From a virus, in IMG/VR virus record IMGVR_UViG_3300020159_000429, positions 1-64,000 of that record: a stretch of DNA of 64,000 nucleotides; one strand, 5' to 3'. Both the position numbers and the translations under genes were made by a program. Within the stretch, counting starts at the first letter, position 1, and each line of letters begins with the position of its first letter. Below the pieces are notes generated by a model. That model worked only from the letters and a program-made list of their open reading frames with translations. It was not told the origin of the DNA and ran no database searches. Positions 8,125 to 15,833 of this stretch are shown in pieces.

Positions 8125-10667
8125 TATGCTATGTTAACCTGATTTTTTTCTATATACGACAATTGCGATCTAGACAAGCTAGTACGTTCTGCCATGATGT
8201 TTGCTAATCTTTGAAAATTTCTATCTAACGATTCTAACATTTCTGTAGTAGCAATGTTACCAGCACCAGCTATCACTGAATTCATCTGTCCAGGAGTCAT
8301 TACTGCTTCTATATCATCTAGTATTACATCAGTACCTGCTCCAAAGTCTTTAAACAGCGAACCGTATTGACCTAATGTTCCTGTCGAATGTGATTTCATA
8401 TACTTACTAGGATCTACCGGTGTTCCGTTATACGTTGTTTCCCAATGAAGATGAGGTCCAGTAGACTTCCCAGTGTTGCCAGTATAACCAATGTGTGTTC
8501 CTTCTTTGATTATAGTACCTTTAGGAAACGATTCTTGTAATTTAAAAAGTTTGTCGCCTACTGGATCCATGTGAGCTAATAAACTTTCTATACCAGTTTT
8601 CTTATCAGTTATTCTTACGTAATGTCCCCACCCTTTTTCATGTCCATAAAAGATGCTTCCACCATGGGGAGCAAGAATATGTTCACCAATTTCTGCTCTA
8701 TAGTCAAGAGCATCATGCGGTCCATTTAGTCGATTTTCTCCAAACGGACTAGTCATTTTTCTATCTTTCATATTTGCTAAAGGATCACCAAATTTTTGAA
8801 TATTAGCTGCTGCCATTTGTTTAATAGCCGCTTGGGATCTTGAAACTGAATCCGAAGATACTCCTCTAGGTCTGTTTTCGCCGTCGGATGATTTGCCTGG
8901 AAGGGTATAATCTGATGGAAGTCCCTTGTGTCTTGTTTGACTTTGTTTTTTCTCGTAAGCATCAAGTGATTCGCCTAATTCTTTATTCATGTCAGCTGAA
9001 AGCTTTTCTGCATTCTGTAGTCCTAGAATACTTTTCATGTAGTATTTGAATTTGATGCCCATGGTATCGAAAAAATATGCTACTTCATTCCATATAAAAT
9101 CTCTACCGTTTTCGTCTCCTAGATATTTGAAAAAAGTAATAACATCAGGCAGATATTTTTCTACTGAATCTTTTAAGAAAATACCAAATTGTCTAACTTT
9201 ACCTGGCAGGTCTTTACTTTCTAACTCAATTGCTAGATCGTTTAATAGTGGAAGAAATGCCTCCATCAACTGAAATTTTAAATTCTGCATGGCCATTTCA
9301 AAGTCATTTAGAAATTGTGTTAACGCTTCTCTTTCTTTGGTTTCCACTCTAGCCTTAGCAAACATTTCTCGCAGCTTAGGTTCAGTTATTTTTGTAATGT
9401 CACCATGTTTGTTCAGCTGTTCTAATATTGGTTGAATCGCACGTCTAAACTTATCAGCATCACCGTATCCAACGGCAGCAGCAGCCAGCATATTCTCTAT
9501 GCCGTTGGCAGTTTTAGCCGAAGCAAGCATAGATTTAATCAGTTTATCTTCAGTTTGGGCAGTATATTGTTCAATGCTAGCTGTACCATTTTTAGCAGAA
9601 GATATAGATTCCCTCATATTCTTAGTCAGCTGTGGCATTAACACCATTAAATTTTGAGCATCTTCGTTGCCTGGTGGCATGCCTAGGAACAAAGCCTTGA
9701 ATAGTTCAGCACCCGATTCACCGTACATGGTAACATAGCTGGCCAATGCAGTTTGAATCTTTTCTCGTTGGGCGCCTCCCAACTTGGCCAGTTCCATTTT
9801 AAAAACAATGTCTTGATTTGCCACAGCCATTTGACCTTCAAGTTGCTTAACTGTCTTTCCGGTCAAATATCCCATTTGAGTTAGATGTAGTTGAAATCTT
9901 TCAAATGATATTAACAGATCTGCGTCCGACCGTCTTTCATCACGCATACCCATACCAGCAATATCAATGTATCTTATAAATGCTTCGTTGACATCTTTGG
10001 CACTGTAACCTATCTGTCGTAGACTTCTAGTTGCAAGACCACCTTCGCGATTTAATAGTTTTGATAGTCTACTAAATCTTTCAGCACCTTCTGTTACAGT
10101 CTTGCCAAGATTCAACATCACAGGCGAATGGGCAGATATCATACGCATAAAGTCATCTAGATCCATTGCTGATGATGTAGCAGCTTTTGATGCTCTTAGA
10201 ATACTGTTACCAAAAGTAGCACCGGTTGCTGTTCCTAATTTTAGACTTTCGTTCCATTCTTCTAAAACTTCAATACCATCGTTTAGTAGTCCACCAACGC
10301 CACCTAGTAGTCCACCAAAAATTGGAAGTTTAGATATTACTTGATCGTTAAGAGTTCGTGTGTAGGCACTTAGTTTAGTGTTACCAGTAAGTAACATAGC
10401 ACCCATGCTACCTACCGCACCAATAGCGTTGCCAATTTGATTGCCTAGCCCGTCGGCTAATTTAGCCATAGTATTTGAACTTTTACGCATTTTAGCAGCA
10501 GGCGATGCTCCGCCACCTGCGCCGCCACCTGCGCCGCCACCACTACCTCCGCCACTGTTCTGTTTTATTGCCGCCAACAGTTCACGCATAGTAGCTTCGC
10601 TAGCTATGTTGTTAAGTACTGTGCCGTCCAATTGACCGCCAAGAAATTCTACTGTTGTTTTTGCCAT
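8124..10667 (-). CDS. Tape-measure/baseplate-hub-like protein with M23 metallopeptidase domain, paralog A
   Basis: 847 aa; M23 motifs HDALD (HxxxD) and GNTGKSTGPHLH (HxH) encoded at about 8401-8756. Confidence 0.75.
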   Translation of the reverse strand: MAKTTVEFLGGQLDGTVLNNIASEATMRELLAAIKQNSGGGSGGGAGGGAGGGASPAAKMRKSSNTMAKLADGLGNQIGNAIGAVGSMGAMLLTGNTKLSAYTRTLNDQVISKLPIFGGLLGGVGGLLNDGIEVLEEWNESLKLGTATGATFGNSILRASKAATSSAMDLDDFMRMISAHSPVMLNLGKTVTEGAERFSRLSKLLNREGGLATRSLRQIGYSAKDVNEAFIRYIDIAGMGMRDERRSDADLLISFERFQLHLTQMGYLTGKTVKQLEGQMAVANQDIVFKMELAKLGGAQREKIQTALASYVTMYGESGAELFKALFLGMPPGNEDAQNLMVLMPQLTKNMRESISSAKNGTASIEQYTAQTEDKLIKSMLASAKTANGIENMLAAAAVGYGDADKFRRAIQPILEQLNKHGDITKITEPKLREMFAKARVETKEREALTQFLNDFEMAMQNLKFQLMEAFLPLLNDLAIELESKDLPGKVRQFGIFLKDSVEKYLPDVITFFKYLGDENGRDFIWNEVAYFFDTMGIKFKYYMKSILGLQNAEKLSADMNKELGESLDAYEKKQSQTRHKGLPSDYTLPGKSSDGENRPRGVSSDSVSRSQAAIKQMAAANIQKFGDPLANMKDRKMTSPFGENRLNGPHDALDYRAEIGEHILAPHGGSIFYGHEKGWGHYVRITDKKTGIESLLAHMDPVGDKLFKLQESFPKGTIIKEGTHIGYTGNTGKSTGPHLHWETTYNGTPVDPSKYMKSHSTGTLGQYGSLFKDFGAGTDVILDDIEAVMTPGQMNSVIAGAGNIATTEMLESLDRNFQRLANIMAERTSLSRSQLSYIEKNQVNIA
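10510..10541 (-). repeat. 12-bp tandem repeat encoding a GGGA linker
   Basis: (ccgccacctgcg) x2.7, encoding GGGAGGGAGGG. Confidence 0.8.
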
Positions 10668-10709
10668 GTTGTTTGATTACCGGAATTGAAATACCATAAA
10701 ATCTGCGTA

Positions 10710-10737
10710 TATAAATATCATGCTACATATATTTATA
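10710..10737. promoter_or_regulatory. Paired oppositely oriented T4-type late promoters
   Basis: TATAAATA on + at 10710-10717 and on - at 10730-10737, between divergent genes. Confidence 0.8.
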
Positions 10738-10747
10738 GGTGGAAAAC

Positions 10748-11650
10748 ATGGCAGATTTTGATTCAAACAAATTTCAAGGGCAGGCTCCTGCTCCTCAACA
10801 ACCAGCTACAGCGAACCCGCTAGCTAGCTTTTTTAGGCAACCAAAAATTTATGTTTCGCTGCCTTCCAAAGGCGAATTTTATGCAGAAGGATCATTAGTA
10901 AAAACTCCCAACAACGAGTATCCTGTATTTGCTATGACAGCTAGGGATGAACTGTTGTTTAAAACTCCTGATGCGTTAATGAACGGAATTGCTACTAAAG
11001 AAGTTATTACCAGTTGTATTCCTAACATTTTGGACCCGTGGAAAATTCCTAGCTTAGATGTCGATGCTGTATTGTCAGCAATACGTATTGCTACCTACGG
11101 TGAAGAGATGGAAGTAACTGTACGTTGTCCAAAATGTGAAAATGTCAACGACGCTGTTGTTGACCTACGCACTGTTTTAGATAGGCTTAACAAAATACAA
11201 TTCGATACCAAAGTCGAAATTGGTAATGAAATGGTTGTGCATCTACGCCCGATGACCTACGAAGAAATTACCAAGACAGCACTCAAAGCATTTGAACATC
11301 AACGTATCTTTACAGTGATCAACGATGACTCCATTGACGAACACGAAAAATTAAAAATGTTCCAAGAAAGTTTTATCAAACTAACTGACCTTACTATTGA
11401 CACAGCGGTAAGATGTATTACCAAGGTTGAAAGTGCTGCTGGTACTACAGAAAATCCAGAGTTTATCAAAGAGTTTTTACAAAAAACTGACAAGAGCGTG
11501 TTTGATCAAATTAATATTGCTGTCAGTAAGACTAGAGAAACTGGCAACCTCAGCAGTTTCCACAGCAAATGTCAAAAATGCGAACACGAATGGGAAGTGG
11601 AGTTAACCATGGACCAATCGGATTTTTTCGACAAAGGCTTTCGACGTTAA
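10748..11650 (+). CDS. Baseplate hub/tail assembly chaperone (gp26-like)
   Basis: LPSKG, MTARDELL, LSAIRIATYGE, two CxxC motifs, DFF near the C-terminus. ATG 10748 with AGGTGG SD preferred over GTG 10739. Confidence 0.8.
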   Translation: MADFDSNKFQGQAPAPQQPATANPLASFFRQPKIYVSLPSKGEFYAEGSLVKTPNNEYPVFAMTARDELLFKTPDALMNGIATKEVITSCIPNILDPWKIPSLDVDAVLSAIRIATYGEEMEVTVRCPKCENVNDAVVDLRTVLDRLNKIQFDTKVEIGNEMVVHLRPMTYEEITKTALKAFEHQRIFTVINDDSIDEHEKLKMFQESFIKLTDLTIDTAVRCITKVESAAGTTENPEFIKEFLQKTDKSVFDQINIAVSKTRETGNLSSFHSKCQKCEHEWEVELTMDQSDFFDKGFRR

Positions 11651-11682
11651 GTATCCCTGAGATATTAGCCGAGTCGAAAGCC
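11623..11682 (+). promoter_or_regulatory. -1 programmed ribosomal frameshift signal
   Basis: In-frame T TTT TTC (11623-11629), 6-nt spacer, perfect 10-bp stem GGCTTTCGAC (11636-11645)/GTCGAAAGCC (11673-11682). Confidence 0.75.
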
Positions 11683-11859
11683 CTTGACGATCAAGCAAGG
11701 CAAATTAAATTAGAAGCCATGCGGTCAGTTTGGTACATGCGTGGAGGATTGTCTTTTGCTGAAGCTATGAATCTCAGTTGGGACGAAAGAGAACTTGTCC
11801 TTGAGATAGTCAAGGACAATATGGATGTTACTAAAAGTTCTGGATTACCGTTCTTTTAA
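11629..11859 (+). CDS. -1 frame extension of the chaperone (gp51-/lambda gpT-like segment)
   Basis: Open -1 frame RQRLSTLS...WYMRGGLSFAEAMNLSWDERELV...; no convincing independent SD plus start. Confidence 0.65.
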   Translation, partial: RQRLSTLSIPEILAESKALDDQARQIKLEAMRSVWYMRGGLSFAEAMNLSWDERELVLEIVKDNMDVTKSSGLPFF

Positions 11860-12902
11860 CGAGCACTCATAGCTTTGAGGATCTGTAGTACCTGAGTTTT
11901 TTGTGTAGGATCCATCTTTAAAATTTCACCAAACGCACTAGACATCACACCCATATACTCACGAGTTAATGGGGTTCCAGACATGTATCCTGTAATAGCT
12001 TTCTTTAATTGATTAGGATCTATCCCAGGCAACATGGCAGTTAGCTTGCCGTAATTGAGATTGCCTTTGGTCTGTGTCTTGGCATCATCACCGCCTTTAA
12101 TACCTCGTTTTAACCCAGCCATAAATCCCTGTCCTGAATCATCACCGGCTGCGTCGTCAGCAGCAGCGTTGCCGCCTGATTGGCTAATGTCTTGGGCTGA
12201 AGCACCTTGACCGCCGATGACCGCATCAAGTTGTTGTCCCATTTTGGCTTTAAGAATATCAGTAACTGCTGCTTTGATAATACTGTCTACTGTTGAATTC
12301 TTAAGTTCCACTTCGTCAATGATTGTTTCACTAACTGGGTTATATCGTAATCCTGCTAATTGAGCAATGCGTGATAATTCACCAATGCTCTCAGCCGATT
12401 TGTTCTTTTTTCCTTTAGGAGGAACTTCATCAGCGGGCGTCTCAGGAGCACCTGGAGCTGCTGTATCAGCGGGCGTCTCAGGAGCACCTGGCTCAGCGGG
12501 TGTCTCAGGAGCAGCATCACTGCTTGGATCTGCTGGAACTTCTATCGTACCAGTAGGTTCAATTCTATCTGTCCCAAGTTCTTTGGCAATATCACCAGTT
12601 GCTGCACTACCCGATGCCATAGCTGCTTGTTTTAACGCAGCTTCGGCTCCTGCTGTAGGAAAACCGTTGGATTTTAAAAAGGCAATTAACGCCTCCGAAT
12701 TAGGTTTTTGGTCCGTTTGACCTAGATAAAAGTCAAATTGTTTTCTAAGGCCATTAGCATACTTGGCCATGTCAAGAGCACCTTTAGCAGAACTACTTCC
12801 AAACTTAGAAGCAATACCTAGACCAGCCCTTTTTAACATACCTACAGGTGCTTCAGATATTTGTTGTTGTTGTTTTTGAGATAATATATCAGTAATTTTC
12901 AT
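11856..12902 (-). CDS. Putative internal head/virion protein with Pro-Ala-Glu repeats
   Basis: 348 aa; own TATAAATA promoter; RIAQLAGL motif resembles the scaffold C-terminus. Confidence 0.55.
   Translation of the reverse strand: MKITDILSQKQQQQISEAPVGMLKRAGLGIASKFGSSSAKGALDMAKYANGLRKQFDFYLGQTDQKPNSEALIAFLKSNGFPTAGAEAALKQAAMASGSAATGDIAKELGTDRIEPTGTIEVPADPSSDAAPETPAEPGAPETPADTAAPGAPETPADEVPPKGKKNKSAESIGELSRIAQLAGLRYNPVSETIIDEVELKNSTVDSIIKAAVTDILKAKMGQQLDAVIGGQGASAQDISQSGGNAAADDAAGDDSGQGFMAGLKRGIKGGDDAKTQTKGNLNYGKLTAMLPGIDPNQLKKAITGYMSGTPLTREYMGVMSSAFGEILKMDPTQKTQVLQILKAMSAR
12429..12513 (-). repeat. Three-copy direct repeat encoding (PG)APETPA
   Basis: atcagcgggcgtctcaggagcacctgg at 12429-12455 and 12465-12491; partial copy at 12493-12513. 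Confidence 0.85.
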
Positions 12903-12932
12903 TTAGAGATAATCCTAAGAATTTAATGTAAT

Positions 12933-12940
12933 TATTTATA
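12933..12940 (-). promoter_or_regulatory. T4-type late promoter
   Basis: TATAAATA 30 nt upstream of ATG 12902. Confidence 0.75.
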
Positions 12941-12944
12941 TGTT

Positions 12945-13385
12945 TGATAGCGAGCAATGCTCGCTTGTGTCTATCGCTAACGCTCAGACACATTTTTACT
13001 AGAATTAACTGCGAAGCAGTTTAAATATTATCCAGATCGTTCAGTCACACTTTGCCCAGGACGGGCAAAGAAAAAACATTATCCGAGTCGAACAATATCA
13101 CTTAGCGTTACAGCATTACAGTGGCGGTCATCCTGTACCACGAGCTGCGTCTTTATATGACGGCAATTATTAAATCAACGCTAACTGATTCAATAATCCG
13201 GGGATTCTCTCCCCTCATTTTAGCCTATATTAACTCTATTCAAACAGCGAAACCGCAGGCATTTTGCGATCGTGGTCCTGTTAAGGATACTTGCTGAGCC
13301 GTCTGCTACCAAACAGACTTACCTTACCGCCACACATCAGAGCGGATTTTGGACACTATAACAGTCGCCAGTGCGGGCTTTTTTG
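12945..13385 (-). ncRNA. Candidate large structured non-coding RNA (class unknown); boundaries approximate
   Basis: Only long ORF-free gap in the window; about ten stems plus an 8-bp loop-to-downstream complementarity; G-U pairs favour the minus strand. Confidence 0.65.
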
Positions 13386-13389
13386 GCAG

Positions 13390-13824
13390 TTATTTTGCCT
13401 TTGATTGTTCTAAAAGACGCTGTCTAAGTATATTTGAACCGCCTACTCTGACGTTTATAATGCCGTTATAGTAGTCGTCGGATTCTAAAACCCTACGTTC
13501 AAATTGCTCTCTTGCCTCTAGATATGATAGTTCTGCCTTAGATTTACAAAGATAAAGTATTTCTCTTGTGAAGTTTTCCGGACCTAATGCTTGGACGTCT
13601 GCGTTTAACCTATCAGATGAACCCCAGTATTCGCGCCAATCGCTTTCTACTGTGCTTCTTCTTTTAAGTTTTTTGCCTTTGAGTGGTGGTTTAGTACGTT
13701 TGAATTGAGCTAATTTCTTGCCTATGTACTTCTGTCCGGTGTGTAGATTCGTGATGATGTAAACAAAGCCAATGTAGCCTTCTGGTATTTCTTCTACGGG
13801 TTGATTTTGATATGTCCACAGCAC
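13390..13824 (-). CDS. GIY-YIG family endonuclease (single-domain), GTG start
   Basis: GFVYIITN...KYIGKK, YWGSS, F.REIL, LE and YYN motifs. Confidence 0.85.
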   Translation of the reverse strand: MLWTYQNQPVEEIPEGYIGFVYIITNLHTGQKYIGKKLAQFKRTKPPLKGKKLKRRSTVESDWREYWGSSDRLNADVQALGPENFTREILYLCKSKAELSYLEAREQFERRVLESDDYYNGIINVRVGGSNILRQRLLEQSKAK

Positions 13825-14055
13825 TCACTTAGTTATTTTTGGGGGTCTGCCTAGCTGGCCTTTTCTGGCTGCTTTACGTTGTTGCCTTTTTTCTTGTATT
13901 TCTACTCGCCTAATTGATGCTTCGTTGCGTATTTCTGATAGCCAATATCGTGCCTTTATGCCTGCTTCATTAGAGCCTTTGTATTCAAAGCGGTCTTGCC
14001 ACTTGAAATATTCCTGAAACGCTTTGATCATACGATCATGTGCTTCTGTACTCAT
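13825..14055 (-). CDS. Small basic protein, possibly Hc1/histone-H1-like DNA-binding
   Basis: KGSNEAGIKAR..L.EI pattern; basic tail with GRPPK. Confidence 0.45.
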   Translation of the reverse strand: MSTEAHDRMIKAFQEYFKWQDRFEYKGSNEAGIKARYWLSEIRNEASIRRVEIQEKRQQRKAARKGQLGRPPKITK

Positions 14056-15833
14056 TCTACTATTTCTACATCCGTTGAGTAACTGGTAAATCCGTTTTCT
14101 TTAATGACCTTGAGCACATGATTTACACGACTGGTTAGGTCGTCTCTGTGTGAGATTAGGAACACATTCTTGTTGCGTTCACGAGTCATCTTCTTAAGTA
14201 CAGCAATACTTGATTCAACACCGCTGGAGTCCATGCCCGAATCTACTAGTTCGTCAATGAACAACAAGTTGATAGGGTGGTATAGGTTCTCCCACACGTC
14301 ACGGAACGCCCACGACATAGATAGAATCAATCTATTACGCTCACCTCTAGACAGATTATCAAAGTCTAGGTCTTGGCCCAGCTGTGTAATCAACACACTT
14401 AGGTCATTTTGGAACTCAACAATATGTGGCAAGCCAATCTTATCAAGATAATACGTCAGTCTTTGGTTTAAGAATGATAAATTTTGATCAATAATACGTT
14501 TTCTTACAAAACTATCTTTGTTGGTTAATAGTTTGTACAAGAACTCTTGATGATCCTTAACTCTTGTAAGATCGTTGACAGAATCCCAGTTAATTTCCTG
14601 GACAGCAGTGTTCTTTAGTTCTTCAATCTGTTCGCTGTAGGGATTAGTTTCTACTTCTTTGACAGCAATTTCTTTTTCTAATCCAGACAACGTGTTCTTG
14701 TGATTAAGTGCTTCTTCTAGATTGTCATAGCTGACCTGCGGACATGCGTTTAATTCACCTAGCATGGTCAGTGCTTCTTTGAGAGAATCAAGTTCGTTTT
14801 GATGATCGGTAACAGCTACCAAGCTATCTTCTACTTGTTTTGATTTAGTAGATACCATTGTTTCATGTTTGTCGTCATGAATCTCTTGTCCGCAGCTATG
14901 ACACTTGTGTTCGGCAAGCAATAACAGTTCTTTCTCAAGTTTATCAAGAGTCTTTTGTTCTTTTTCTAAACTAGAAACCTGTTTAGCAACCATCGCTGTG
15001 AGATTGTCATGCTCTTTCTTATTCTTTGTCCACTCTACCAGGGCACGTTGATTGCTGATCTCGTGATCAATGTCGATGGTACTGAGTACATCGATGCTCT
15101 TTCTAAGATTTTCTAGAGCTTTTTCTTTTTGATCTTCCCACATCTTCTGTTTGCGTTCGATGCTTTCAATACTTTGTTGTATCTTTTCGTTGGATACCTT
15201 AACAGTTTCAATTCTAGTGTTTTCAGTAGCAATAGCATCTTTGGTAATCTTAATTTGATTTTTAAGATTTTCAGCTTTTTCAGACAATTGCGTAATACCT
15301 AGCAACTGTTCAATGATGTTACGCTGATCTGCTGCCTTCATAGACAGAAACGGTTCGGTGTAGGTGTTTAGTGCCACAAGATGTTTAAACATATCGTGGC
15401 TCATTGACATCATTTCTTCAATGGCTTTTTGTGTTTCTCTAGAATCACCTTGACTTTCATCTAGGTCTTCGAGTGCTTGTTCTTGGCCATTAATACTAAA
15501 CTTTAAAAGATTAGGCTTACGGCCTCGTTCAATATGATATTCAGTGCCGTCCTTTTCAAAAGTAACTGTACACAGCATGCCTTTGCCGTTGATCTTGTTA
15601 ACTAGATTGTCTTTCTTAATGTTGGTCAACGCCTGTCCGTAGATAGCATAGCTAAGACCGTTGATAATAGTGGTCTTACCTGTGCCATTACGAGCTCCAC
15701 TGTCATCCCCGCCTAGGTCCATGTTCTCGCCAAGTACCAATGTTAGTTGGCCTTTGTCAAAATCAATAGCTTGGGTTTGATTGCCTACACTCATAAAGTT
15801 TTTAACTGTTAGATTCTTAATTTTAATTGTCAT
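14052..15833 (-). CDS. gp46: Recombination ATPase subunit gp46 (SbcC/Rad50-like)
   Basis: Walker A NGTGKTT, zinc hook CHSC, signature LSRGE, Walker B LFIDE, ISH. Confidence 0.95.
   Translation of the reverse strand: MTIKIKNLTVKNFMSVGNQTQAIDFDKGQLTLVLGENMDLGGDDSGARNGTGKTTIINGLSYAIYGQALTNIKKDNLVNKINGKGMLCTVTFEKDGTEYHIERGRKPNLLKFSINGQEQALEDLDESQGDSRETQKAIEEMMSMSHDMFKHLVALNTYTEPFLSMKAADQRNIIEQLLGITQLSEKAENLKNQIKITKDAIATENTRIETVKVSNEKIQQSIESIERKQKMWEDQKEKALENLRKSIDVLSTIDIDHEISNQRALVEWTKNKKEHDNLTAMVAKQVSSLEKEQKTLDKLEKELLLLAEHKCHSCGQEIHDDKHETMVSTKSKQVEDSLVAVTDHQNELDSLKEALTMLGELNACPQVSYDNLEEALNHKNTLSGLEKEIAVKEVETNPYSEQIEELKNTAVQEINWDSVNDLTRVKDHQEFLYKLLTNKDSFVRKRIIDQNLSFLNQRLTYYLDKIGLPHIVEFQNDLSVLITQLGQDLDFDNLSRGERNRLILSMSWAFRDVWENLYHPINLLFIDELVDSGMDSSGVESSIAVLKKMTRERNKNVFLISHRDDLTSRVNHVLKVIKENGFTSYSTDVEIVE

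Noticed and set aside
11569-11628. ATG 11569 as the true start of the 96-aa ORF
   Set aside because: Lies 82 nt inside the upstream gene over its second CxxC, has no SD, and the frameshift signal explains the open frame better.
12429-12513. 27-bp direct repeats as a mini CRISPR array
   Set aside because: Spacers are only 1-9 nt and the repeats are in frame within a coding low-complexity linker.
12945-13824. Group I intron encoding a GIY-YIG homing endonuclease
   Set aside because: No interrupted host gene on either side (both flanking ORFs are complete, and the downstream one has its own promoter) and no recognisable P7 R/S core sequences. A cmscan against group I models would be the formal test.
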